From: a virus
Strand: one strand, 5' to 3'
IMG/VR virus record: IMGVR_UViG_3300007735_000795
Span: 1 to 64,000 of that record
DNA length: 64,000 bases
The position numbers and the translations under genes are program-made. Under the pieces are notes generated by a model, which did no database searches, had not been told where the DNA came from, and was given only the letters and a program-made list of their open reading frames with translations. Below are positions 20,128-29,729 of this stretch, piece by piece (positions within the stretch are counted from its first letter, which is position 1; every line of letters starts with the position of its first letter).

Positions 20128-20835
20128 TTATGGGAAATTTGTATACCCGTTTTCTAAATAGAAATAATAGTGTTCTTTAAACACATCATAAAGTTTATTA
20201 GCTATTTTAGTAATTTTAGGAGTTTTAGCATCAATAATTTCACGAATGTAAATGTAAAGAGCTTTTTTATTAAAAATGTCTATACTTTCTCTTTTGCGAA
20301 ATAACTCCAAAATTGCATCTGCTATTTTAGCATCATCGTTTTTTGGAAATAATTTAAAAATGTTATCTGAACAGTATTTCACATATTCATCCATAAATGC
20401 TGCTAATTTAACATTTATAGACACATCATCAATATTATAACTATACTTTTCATCTGATTCCAATTCAGCAATTGGGGCTTTATCAACGCGTTTTTTATAA
20501 TTTTTGGTATTTGAAATTATTAAATAACGTTTAGCAATTGTTCCAAAGTATGAATATGCTTTAGCTCCTTTTTCTGGGTTGAATAAATGAATTTTAGAAA
20601 GTAAAAATGAAATTACTTCATGTTGTAAATCCTCAATATTATCTACTTCAGTATAATAAAATTTAAAAGTATGGATAATATTTTCTGTTAATTTAAAAAA
20701 AGCGTAGTGAATACGTTCTCTATAAATTTTATCTTTTACCTCATAATCAACAGTGTTATTGTATTCTACAATTGCATTTTCTGTTTCTTGAGTAAAATAC
20801 ATTCCACTTGTTTTAGGTTTTACTTGAACGCTCAT
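20128..20835 (-). CDS. phage late sigma factor (T4 gp55-like, region 2 only)
   Basis: EDLQHEVISFLLSKIHLFNPEKGAKAYSYFGTIAKRYL sigma region-2 pattern. Confidence 0.75.
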   Translation of the reverse strand: MSVQVKPKTSGMYFTQETENAIVEYNNTVDYEVKDKIYRERIHYAFFKLTENIIHTFKFYYTEVDNIEDLQHEVISFLLSKIHLFNPEKGAKAYSYFGTIAKRYLIISNTKNYKKRVDKAPIAELESDEKYSYNIDDVSINVKLAAFMDEYVKYCSDNIFKLFPKNDDAKIADAILELFRKRESIDIFNKKALYIYIREIIDAKTPKITKIANKLYDVFKEHYYFYLENGYTNFP

Positions 20836-21107
20836 AGGTTTTTAATATTAAATTGGTTTAATACATCTTGTATCTGTTTTATAGACTCAAAGAAAAAACC
20901 TACTTCATCATCTGATTTAAACGATTCTCTAGCGTCTACTTCTTTTAGACGTTTATCTGAATGTTCAATAATGTCTGAAATTTTATTTAAGTAAACCATA
21001 TACCCAGCGAGTATATCTTCTTGTTTTTCATTTTTCTTAAGAAGGTTAAAGGTCGTGTATCCTAAAACCACGACCAATAGACCTAAAACAACTATAGTAA
21101 GTATCAT
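20832..21107 (-). CDS. small membrane-anchored protein
   Basis: N-terminal transmembrane helix. Confidence 0.55.
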   Translation of the reverse strand: MILTIVVLGLLVVVLGYTTFNLLKKNEKQEDILAGYMVYLNKISDIIEHSDKRLKEVDARESFKSDDEVGFFFESIKQIQDVLNQFNIKNL

Positions 21108-21880
21108 ATATTGTCTAATAAACTTTTTAATCCTTCACTTTTAATGTTACTAAGTGCTTTTGTTTTGATAGGTGCTTTTTTAGTATCATTAATTTTGAAG
21201 TTACTTGATTTTTCTTTTGTTTTTTCACCTTTTAACTTAGGCAACCATTCTCTTTCAAATTCAATTCTAGCAGCCATTAAGTCTGCTTGATGTACAATGA
21301 ATACTAAAGCAGTACGTGGTTTTGTTTCTGGGGACCAAGACATCAAATATGGTTTGTTAGCATCATCATATAAACCATCATGTAATTTAATTGCTAACAT
21401 TTCATTCCTGGAGAATGTAATACCATGAGACATGAGTAAATGTAAACCACGGTCTGGTACTGACATGTATTCAAGACGATCATTGAATTTATAGTCTTCA
21501 CCTAATTTTTCTCGTCTCCATTGGTCATCCTGGGGTATATATGATTCATTTTGTTCATCGCCTATTTTACCTAAGTCATGGTTTAAAGCAGCAAATACTA
21601 ATTCTTCAACTGTATATGTTGAAGTATCAACTCCCATTTCTTCCCATACTTGGTTAAGTTTAAGAGCACAGTTTACAACTCGTAAAACGTGTTCAACGTA
21701 ACCGCCTGGGAAAGCATTATGGTATTCTTTCTTATGTGATGCAGGCATCATCATAATACGTTCTGAGTATTTAGAATAAAAATCTAATAGTTGAGAACAA
21801 CGAGGTTCTGAAATATAGGTTTTAATTGTTTCCTCAAAATCAATCCAGTTTTGTTGAATTTGTTCTGCTGTCAGTTTCAT
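21104..21880 (-). CDS. HD-domain phosphohydrolase
   Basis: HNAFPGGYVEH, HDLGK, HDG, HQAD. Confidence 0.85.
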   Translation of the reverse strand: MKLTAEQIQQNWIDFEETIKTYISEPRCSQLLDFYSKYSERIMMMPASHKKEYHNAFPGGYVEHVLRVVNCALKLNQVWEEMGVDTSTYTVEELVFAALNHDLGKIGDEQNESYIPQDDQWRREKLGEDYKFNDRLEYMSVPDRGLHLLMSHGITFSRNEMLAIKLHDGLYDDANKPYLMSWSPETKPRTALVFIVHQADLMAARIEFEREWLPKLKGEKTKEKSSNFKINDTKKAPIKTKALSNIKSEGLKSLLDNI

Positions 21881-21895
21881 AACTTTTATTTGTTT

Positions 21896-22078
21896 TTAAT
21901 TATACATGTTTTGTTCTGATTCAACGTATAAACGAGCTTGGTCTACATATTCCCTAATACGTGATAAAGCATCCATATATGCTTCTACAGATTGTCCTTG
22001 TTTAATAATAAAATTGAGTTGATTGGTTACACTTTCAATTTTGTCTAATTCATGTAATACACTGTCTTTATTTTTCAT
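21896..22078 (-). CDS. hypothetical protein
   Basis: ORF track; promoter-like sequence upstream. Confidence 0.5.
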   Translation of the reverse strand: MKNKDSVLHELDKIESVTNQLNFIIKQGQSVEAYMDALSRIREYVDQARLYVESEQNMYN

Positions 22079-22188
22079 AATTGTTTATTTTTATAACGCG
22101 TTTTAACGTTTCACATTTTCTTATTTACTCCATTTACACAACTCGTATCTATATAATACGAATGTGAATTATGACCTCCAAGTTATTT

Positions 22189-22602
22189 TTAAGAGAAGTT
22201 TGCTATGTCTTGTACTTTCTTTAGAAAAGCACATTTTTCATACTCTTCTAATTCCAAGTAATGATTTAATGACGAATTAAGTGCTTTTTCAAATGTTTTA
22301 TCTGAATATAATTTTATACTGTCTATATGAGTAGCATTATTTAGATTTAACTTTGCTAATTGTTCAAATGCTCTTTCGTGCACCATATAACAACTAGTCT
22401 TTTCAACTTCATCCATGTCTAAAGCAGGTTCTGAGGTTCGGAAAAATACTATCATCTGTTTTACAAATGTTTCATAATTAGAAATCATTTTTTTAAACAT
22501 ACCAATCCACATAATAGGACTTTCAGACAAGTCTACTTTCGTTTCCTGTTCTTCAGGTTCTTCGTTTGAAGTAAATAAACTAAATATTTTATTAATATTC
22601 AT
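22189..22602 (-). CDS. hypothetical protein with a C-terminal UVR-like motif
   Basis: Likely start MNINKIF; LEEYEKCAFLKK. Confidence 0.5.
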   Translation of the reverse strand: MNINKIFSLFTSNEEPEEQETKVDLSESPIMWIGMFKKMISNYETFVKQMIVFFRTSEPALDMDEVEKTSCYMVHERAFEQLAKLNLNNATHIDSIKLYSDKTFEKALNSSLNHYLELEEYEKCAFLKKVQDIANFS

Positions 22603-22623
22603 TGTATATAAATATATACAAAC

Positions 22624-22647
22624 AAAAAAAGCAGCCAAAGCTGCTTT
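22624..22647 (-). terminator. intrinsic terminator
   Basis: Minus strand AAAGCAGC-TTTG-GCTGCTTTTTTT. Confidence 0.6.
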
Positions 22648-22680
22648 ATAAAAAAGTAAGCGTCCCTTAACGGGTTAATA

Positions 22681-23043
22681 TTATCCTTTAATTAATTGTT
22701 TAGTACTAATTGTACTTAATGCTTTATCAATACGTGAATCGATATACGAATTGGTTTCATCAATTCGTCTATGAAGATAAGCATCACATTCACTTATACG
22801 TCTGTTAAGTTTTTCATCAATGTCATCTATATATCTATGATTCCAATTAACACGATCATTCAATTCACGATCCATATTAACAAATCGAGTATGAAGTTCA
22901 CGTGGGGCTTCATCCATTAGACGTTGTATATAATCAATACGTTGTTGTTGTTTGTTAATCTTAAGCAAACCCCAAACAATTACAGCTACAAAAGCAGCAG
23001 CAATAATCGAGAGCATACCTAAAACAAAATACATTGTTTCCAT
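22681..23043 (-). CDS. membrane-anchored coiled-coil protein
   Basis: Likely start METMYFVLG; transmembrane helix then heptads. Confidence 0.55.
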   Translation of the reverse strand: METMYFVLGMLSIIAAAFVAVIVWGLLKINKQQQRIDYIQRLMDEAPRELHTRFVNMDRELNDRVNWNHRYIDDIDEKLNRRISECDAYLHRRIDETNSYIDSRIDKALSTISTKQLIKG

Positions 23044-23097
23044 AATTTTTTTCTCCTTTATTTTAAAATATGTCAAAGAACGCTCACTTAATTATTG

Positions 23098-23169
23098 TAG
23101 TCGGTACGGGAATCGAACCCGTGTTACCAGAATGAAAATCTGATGTCCTAACCCCTAGACGAACCGACC
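23098..23169 (-). tRNA. tRNA-Glu(TTC)
   Basis: Cloverleaf GGTCGGT/ACCGACT, anticodon loop TTTTCAT, T-loop GGTTCGATTCC; CCA not encoded. Confidence 0.92.
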
Positions 23170-23232
23170 ATTCTAAACTTTTAAAACCCATCTCTCATGA
23201 GGTAAGGAAACTCTGTTTAGTTGTTTTTTGCG

Positions 23233-23354
23233 TAGTCAAGGTAGGACTTGAACCTACACGCCTTTGAGGCTGGCAATCAATGTTTCCTCGAAACATGATT
23301 TGCGTCTACCGCGAATATCATCCCCAGGGCTAATATTCTTTTCGCCACTTGACT
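23233..23354 (-). ncRNA. tRNA-shell RNA copy 1 (Leu-like; hairpin inserted in the D-loop, extended anticodon stem)
   Basis: Acceptor AGTCAAG/CTTGACT+A, TGGCGAAA..GGTAGACGC, T-arm GTAGG-TTCAAGT-CCTAC. Confidence 0.7.
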
Positions 23355-23356
23355 AG

Positions 23357-23551
23357 TTAGTCTTTCAAATTATCATACTTACAACACGATAAATAATATT
23401 CTACTATCTGTTGTTTAGTAATACCAACACGTTTGTTAGTATTTTCCAAAATAACCACCCACAATTCGTTTATGTGAGTGGTATTTGGAATGATTTTTAA
23501 CTCTTTAGTTATTAATTGTGCTAATTCGTCTTTGCTATTAAGCTGCATATT
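23357..23551 (-). CDS. hypothetical protein ending just before tRNA-shell copy 1
   Basis: Likely start MQLNSKDEL overlapping the end of the DUF932 gene. Confidence 0.45.
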   Translation of the reverse strand, partial: NMQLNSKDELAQLITKELKIIPNTTHINELWVVILENTNKRVGITKQQIVEYYLSCCKYDNLKD

Positions 23552-24341
23552 CAACTGCAAGTTCATATAGCTTAGCATTCAAATCAAGGTCTTGTTTAAA
23601 GTTCTTAATTTTTCTTGCTTTACGCAACTTAGTGCCTGAGGTATATTCAAACATACCATGTACTAGTTTTTCTTGAACTACATTAAATACACTCCACAAG
23701 TCATTACCATTATCTTCAGGACGAGTTGGTGTAACCAATTCATTATAGTTAATAATAATATTTTGTAGTTGCTCAACACCAAAACGAATTTCAGCTGCTC
23801 TTCTAGCAAATTCAGTAATTTGTTCTTGACGAAGAGTTTTCTTTTTAAAACGATTCATTGATTCAACTGTCAATGGAAGTGACTGAACCATAGTATTAAT
23901 TACTCGTTGTAATTCTTCAAAACCATATCCGTAGTGACGAATCTTAAGATTTTCAAATTCCTTAGAACAAATCACAAGTCCATTTTCACAAACCAAACGG
24001 AACAAACCAGCAGTAAATGTAAATGCATTTTTACCATCATGGCTATTAGTTAGAAGAATCTGTGGGAACACATTATCACCATCTGTTCCTTCAATAAACA
24101 AATCATTGTTACGGAACACAACTAAGTGTTTTTGGTAACCATCACCTTTACGGGCACGTACTTCTTTTGCATCAACAACTCCCCAACCTAGTTTTTCCAT
24201 GTCCTGGACAATTTGTAGGGTTGAAATGTGAGCATACTTTTCACTAGTACCTGGAGCACCAGTAGTTGCAAAAATTGATTTTGCTTTTTCTTTAATTTCT
24301 GACTCTGTCAAAAATTTTGTTGTTTCTAAATTCAATGGCAT
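23538..24341 (-). CDS. DUF932/DUF945-family protein
   Basis: NSHDG..AGLFRLVCENGL, DLWSVFNVVQE. Confidence 0.8.
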   Translation of the reverse strand: MPLNLETTKFLTESEIKEKAKSIFATTGAPGTSEKYAHISTLQIVQDMEKLGWGVVDAKEVRARKGDGYQKHLVVFRNNDLFIEGTDGDNVFPQILLTNSHDGKNAFTFTAGLFRLVCENGLVICSKEFENLKIRHYGYGFEELQRVINTMVQSLPLTVESMNRFKKKTLRQEQITEFARRAAEIRFGVEQLQNIIINYNELVTPTRPEDNGNDLWSVFNVVQEKLVHGMFEYTSGTKLRKARKIKNFKQDLDLNAKLYELAVEYAA

Positions 24342-24404
24342 AACTTTTATTTTTTTATTTATAATTAAATATACGAAATTTCTCCTGTGAAGCCAAATTT
24401 CCTG

Positions 24405-24710
24405 TTAAAGAAATTTTATCAAGTAACACATTCTATTCAACATGTCATGTTTCTGCATTCTTAAATCAATGCGATACGGTTCATGGTTAAGTGTTTCTTC
24501 CATTTCTTGAATTTTAATAGCCATGTCCTTTAGTTTTTCCACTTCAGAACCTTCAATTTCACCTTCCATTTTCATGTTTGGAAGAACAACATTAAGTGGC
24601 CTTTCGATTCGTTTACGTCCTCGTTTTTTTCCTTCACCTACAGGAATGTTAATAATTGTTTGTTCTTTTTTACCCGTTCCAGGTGGGCGTCCTCTACGTT
24701 TTTGTTCCAT
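24405..24710 (-). CDS. AT-hook-like DNA-binding protein
   Basis: Likely start MEQKRRGRPPG; also KKRGRKR. Confidence 0.55.
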   Translation of the reverse strand: MEQKRRGRPPGTGKKEQTIINIPVGEGKKRGRKRIERPLNVVLPNMKMEGEIEGSEVEKLKDMAIKIQEMEETLNHEPYRIDLRMQKHDMLNRMCYLIKFL

Positions 24711-24992
24711 AACTTTTATTTGTTTTTTAATTATACAATAGCTGATGTGATAATCCAATAGATCAATACTTGAACAATGTATCCCCATTTTTGTTCCTTA
24801 AATGAAATACTTTCATTTTTCTTTTTGGCTTCAATTTGGATGTGAGACACAGCGCAATATCCAGTCCAAATATACGCTGCAATTGTAAGTGTTGTGTCCA
24901 TTTGCGTTTCTTATTTATACCTAAATATACGACAAATTTCCTGGGAAGCCAAATAAGAGGCGTGAACAGTGCGCTTTTCCTGTAAAATTACA

Positions 24993-25868
24993 TTAAATAG
25001 ACAATGGAACCATTTTCTTTCCCACTACAAATACTAAATTTTTAGTACTAACCAATATTTTTTTAGGGTTTTGATTAGCCGGGAATATGGCTTCCATCAT
25101 ATCATCAAACAATAGATTATTTAAATTCTTACTTTGGTTTACTAAATTGATAAAACTTTTACTGTTTCCACTGTAAGAATAAATTCCATAATCACCATTA
25201 GCCAAAGATATACCGTCTAAGTAAGCCTTTAATTTATCCATTTGTTCTGTAGGAATATTGCTTGCCAAAAATGCTGATACAGCTGGGTTACCCATTAGTT
25301 TTTTATTTGAAGCATCTTCCAAAGTTATAGGTGCATAAAAAGAACCATCCACCTCTATCCCAAAAAAGTCAGCTACTGGGTAAATTTTACTTAACCACAA
25401 GTTATATGATCCTTCATATAATATTTTATCTGAAAATAAGTTACCATAGTGAACAAATATCATGTAATACATGGTTGAACCTATTCCTTTTCCTCTATAT
25501 AATGTACTAACATAACTTAAAACTACTTGTGCTCCTTCTATTTTATAAGGTTTATCAGAAGACCTATCAATCAAATCCATTTCTACACTTCCAACAATGT
25601 ATTGTCTCCAAGTTGTAGCATCAGGTTTTACTAACCATTTTGTTCGTTCAGTGGTTTGATTTGCTTCTATTAGTCTATAACCTTCTGCTTCAATTAATTC
25701 AGTGTATTTTCCTTCTATTAAACTTTCATCAACCACATCATCTAAATCTTCTTCAGCAATGTCAAAGTCAATAGCAAAGTAGTTATACATTATGTCATCA
25801 TTTATAACACCACGTAATTGACCCTTACGTAGGTCTAGTTCTTTGAGCAGATCAGTTAGTTTTATCAT
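24993..25868 (-). CDS. late protein with a GNAT acetyltransferase-like motif and MIKLTDLLKE leader
   Basis: YVSTLYRGKGIGSTMY (acetyl-CoA motif A); late promoter upstream. Confidence 0.5.
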   Translation of the reverse strand: MIKLTDLLKELDLRKGQLRGVINDDIMYNYFAIDFDIAEEDLDDVVDESLIEGKYTELIEAEGYRLIEANQTTERTKWLVKPDATTWRQYIVGSVEMDLIDRSSDKPYKIEGAQVVLSYVSTLYRGKGIGSTMYYMIFVHYGNLFSDKILYEGSYNLWLSKIYPVADFFGIEVDGSFYAPITLEDASNKKLMGNPAVSAFLASNIPTEQMDKLKAYLDGISLANGDYGIYSYSGNSKSFINLVNQSKNLNNLLFDDMMEAIFPANQNPKKILVSTKNLVFVVGKKMVPLSI

Positions 25869-25949
25869 GGTAATAAATATTTTAAAAACAAGAAAAGGCC
25901 CCCATATGCAGTTCTTTCACCCACACATCTTAATACGTATATACGTATA

Positions 25950-26555
25950 TCAATATATAATAGGATTACCCACTTGAAATAACGCCCCTATTTCCCGTAC
26001 TTTATCAAAGGCAACTAATGGGTCAACTTCAAAGAACTCCCTTTCTTTTCCCAAATCAGAAAATACTCTTTTATCGGAAAAACATTTGTGTACCTGTTGT
26101 TCAACCCTAAACGCATTACCTTTAGAAACGGGTAGAGCAAATTTAGGAATCCATTCGGTGACAGTAGATGAAGCATTAAGCATCTTTACTCTGCCTTCAA
26201 CAGTACGTTCTGTCATCCCTATTTTAACCAAGTTTGGGTATCCTGGGTTAGTAAGTACATACACATATTCAATGTTGTCTTTGGTTTTGGACTGGATATC
26301 TATGTTTTGGATTCCATAAACAAACGCCCATTCGTTTTCACTAAGTGAAATTTCAATTAAATATTGTGCTCGGATGAAAGTTAAAAAACGGTCTGTTTGT
26401 ATGTGTCTAAACTTTGATCTTAGTGCAGAATAATTGGATTTCCAAGTTTGAAATTTAGAATCGGGGAGGACAGTATTGGAAGGATCCAATATTGTTATTT
26501 CGCCTATACTTTCCAAGTATAATGCTTCGTCAAGTGTAAGTTTGTCTCTATACAT
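25950..26555 (-). CDS. T5orf172/MUG113-type GIY-YIG nuclease domain protein
   Basis: YVYVLTN..LVKIGMT..R..EQQVH..REFF; likely start MYRDKL after the promoter at 26561. Confidence 0.75.
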   Translation of the reverse strand: MYRDKLTLDEALYLESIGEITILDPSNTVLPDSKFQTWKSNYSALRSKFRHIQTDRFLTFIRAQYLIEISLSENEWAFVYGIQNIDIQSKTKDNIEYVYVLTNPGYPNLVKIGMTERTVEGRVKMLNASSTVTEWIPKFALPVSKGNAFRVEQQVHKCFSDKRVFSDLGKEREFFEVDPLVAFDKVREIGALFQVGNPIIY

Positions 26556-26820
26556 ATATACAAATATACGTATATATGTGCTCGATGCCAAAGGATTTTT
26601 AAAAAGAGAGAGTTTGTGTTTTGCGATTTGTGCCCAAAATGGTTAATTCGAAATCGTATATACGTATATATGGGTCGGGCATAAAAGGTGTATGAGAGTT
26701 GAAGAGTGGTTCATTCCGCACCTTTACCAGGTGGCACACCATATGGACTACGGCGCGCATGGGAGGCACGTATATTATATATGTGTATATACGCACGCCG
26801 TACGCACGGACTTATACCGT

Positions 26821-28938
26821 CTAAAGTGCCGCTCTCCGACTATTATAGATTCTACAAACCTCGTCTACCTCGTCTGGTGTGAGCGAGTCTCCGATGCGCT
26901 CGAGTTCAACACATGTTTCATCATCACACTGACCGTAAGTATCGATCATGCGGTTTGCTCTGTCTTGCAGGTCAATAAATTTTTGGATTTTAGCTGACAT
27001 ATTATTATTTATGTTTTTAATTATGGTTGAATATACGGATGGTCTCTTACGAGGCCAAACATTATTATAGATGCTTTTATGCTTACAGTACAATCGATAT
27101 TACCTTGAGTACTAGGCACATTGAGAAAAAAACAATAGACAATACCAAAAGGTAGTCGAAGAATGATGGTTTTAATTTCGGATACATAGTTTTATATTTT
27201 ATATTCTTTATCAAAATGAACTACTATTGCAGCTGCAATCAAGGTAACGTTTATAAAAACAAATAAACCTGTAATTAAAGACACACCTGTTATAAACATA
27301 GACATTAATGTTCCGATTACTGAAATGAAATAAACAAGTGCAATTGAAATTTGAAGTGATGTTTTGTTTGACATAATATTTTGTTTTAATTATTTGATTG
27401 AATATACGAATGGCCTTTTATAAGGCCAAATCTAGTTGTGAACAATATGTACTGTTTTTTTTTATTACGGTTGGATCAATCGTAATGCTTTAATTTGTTC
27501 TTGAGCGTACGCATCTATTTTCTCAGCATCGGCTTTAATTTCATCACTGGCCCAATTCAAAACACAGGTCTCGTGATGTGAGCGACTATAATCAATTGCA
27601 TCATCATAGTGATCACACTCGGGCTTAGAGAAGGTAACATAGGATCCGTCATTATCATCTGACATCTGGTAACCTAATGATTCAGCATACTGATAAACTG
27701 CTTTGTTGATCGCGTTTTTAATTTCTTTCTTTGTCATGTTATTTATGTTTTTAATTATGGCTAAATATACGGTCAAAGTTTTGCTATTCCAAATGTCTCG
27801 ACCATCATTTCGACCAGTTCCTCTTTGGCGGTGTATGTGTCTAGCCACTTGAAGCCTCCAATGTGCCACTCGATCATCTCGTTACGGTCTAATTTCCGGT
27901 ATTCCTTCCAGTCGTAAATGGTGACTACGGCTCCATCCTTGGTCTCACATACCCACTCCATCTGACACTTCTCATCACCTGATACTCCGTGTTGAGGGGC
28001 TCCCAATACGGTCTCGAGTTGGTGTTGAGTGCAGGTGATTGTTGTTTTGTGGAATGATGTTCCGTAAGTGTTTTTGTCTGATTTTTTCATGTTTGTGTTT
28101 TTTAATTTGATTAAATATACGACCAAATCCTTGGGGAGACAAACAAAGAGGCACCTAAGTGCCCCAATGTTCATAATTAAAAACAAAACACACTATATAT
28201 TTTTTAACACAGATAACATTTCATCTTTGATCATACTGTCATCATCTGTGTCTATAACGTTCTCTATATTATTGTTTATTTCATCGTAGATGCTTTTTTC
28301 ATCAAAACTCAACTCAAGTTCTTTATCATTCAACTCAATTTCAGTGTAGTAATCAAAATCGGCACCTGAATTTTTTACTGCTTCCATGGCTGCATCTTTA
28401 GCCCTACCTACAATCATCCTAGTATACTCAATCAACTCACCTTCAGTGAAGGTATAGATACCGTCTTTGAAATTGTCATCGTTTTGGGATTTGAATTCTG
28501 CGGGAGAGGTTATTAGTTGTCTGATCATCTGATCCCTCATTCCGACCTTATTGATTATATACTCCATCATTTCACCGTCTAATTCTGTTTCGTTTAATAC
28601 GGCAATTACTACGTTTGCAATGTTTTGATTTGTCATGTTTTTATTTTTTAATTATTATAGGTTAAATATACGATCAAAATTTTATTAGGCCAAACTTGTT
28701 TTTAATTAAGGTAAAACTGATTTTCTTTAATAAATTCGTTTACCTGTTCTAGGGCAACGGATGCTACCTTCTTAATTGCTTTATACTGACGCATTTCGAC
28801 TTTATAGTTATCATAATCAAATTGATTATAACAACCGTCCATTTCCATTCTTACTATTTCAATTTGCTCGGTAACAGTGTTCAATAGACACTCATTCATT
28901 TCTTTTGTGGCTTGTGCTTTGCATAAAACGTAACTCAT
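26821..28938 (-). CDS. cluster of six small early hypothetical genes, most with their own promoter (26821-27000, 27192-27374, 27465-27737, 27773-28090, 28193-28636, 28702-28938)
   Basis: ORF track, with starts re-called to the ATG just downstream of each promoter. Confidence 0.6.
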
Positions 28939-29073
28939 AATAATGTGTTTTTAATTATTTGAGTTGAATATACAATAAAAACTTCACATAACCAAATTTA
29001 GTTGTGAACAAAAGAGAAGCGGCGCCCGTTGGCACCGCTACCCCTAAAAACACATGGCACTTAAAGACCTTTC

Positions 29074-29289
29074 TTAGAAGGTCAACTGACGCTCAGAATT
29101 CTTCTGACGTCTACGAGAAATACTGTACATTGCATTTGCAACCGGCTGATTGATCGAGCGGTTACCGTTGACAATGTTAGAAATGTGACTGGTAGAATAA
29201 CCTGTCATGTCTGCGATACGGTTAGTATCACCTTCACGCTTACGAGCGGAATAGAAAGCCAATTTGGCTGTTGAATTTAAACGACGCAT
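29074..29289 (-). CDS. XRE/Cro-like helix-turn-helix protein
   Basis: RIADMTGYSTSHISNIVNGNR. Confidence 0.7.
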   Translation of the reverse strand: MRRLNSTAKLAFYSARKREGDTNRIADMTGYSTSHISNIVNGNRSINQPVANAMYSISRRRQKNSERQLTF

Positions 29290-29379
29290 AATTATTAATT
29301 TAATTTAACTTATTAATTTATACCTGTAATATAATAGGCCTCTATAAGAAGCCTAGTTATTTTTAAATTTTCTTTTTAG

Positions 29380-29488
29380 TAGTCAGGACAGGATTCGAAC
29401 CTGTAAAATCTTTTATTTGGTTTAGGGTAGTTACTATTCCTATCTCCTTCCAAAACATATAGCGTCTAACCAATTCCGCCACCTGACT
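29380..29488 (-). ncRNA. tRNA-shell RNA copy 2 (no canonical anticodon arm)
   Basis: AGTCAGG-TGGCGGAATTGGTTAGACGC-[~57 nt irregular hairpin]-ACAGGTTCGAATCCTGT-CCTGACT-A. Confidence 0.75.
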
Positions 29489-29627
29489 ATGTTTTATGTT
29501 TAATGTATTTTCTTATACCTAAACATTTAATAACATGGAGTTCTACCTTAAACCATCTCTTGAATTTCACCCACCATGTGTCTTTCTCCATTTTATCTAA
29601 TATCCTTTGAAATGTTTTACTTCTCAT
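29487..29627 (-). CDS. 46 aa basic/aromatic peptide between two tRNA-shell repeats
   Basis: MRSKTFQRILDKMEKDTWWVKFKRWFKVELHVIKCLGIRKYIKHKT*; A-rich leader; TAG overlaps the 5' end of copy 2. Confidence 0.55.
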   Translation of the reverse strand: MRSKTFQRILDKMEKDTWWVKFKRWFKVELHVIKCLGIRKYIKHKT

Positions 29628-29642
29628 TACTTTTATTTTTAG

Positions 29643-29729
29643 TAGTCAGGACAGGATTCGAACCTGTATCGTTGAATTACCCAGCTTCAACTGCTTAAGT
29701 ATAGCGTATACCAATTCCGCCACCTGACT
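29643..29729 (-). ncRNA. tRNA-shell RNA copy 3 (no canonical anticodon stem)
   Basis: AGTCAGG-TGGCGGAATTGGTATACGC-[~36 nt, GTTGAA/TTCAAC hairpin]-ACAGGTTCGAATCCTGT-CCTGACT-A. Confidence 0.75.

Noticed and set aside
29380-29488. tRNA with a self-splicing or archaeal-type intron
   Set aside because: The insert is far too short for a group I intron, and I could not find an excision that restores a canonical anticodon stem-loop
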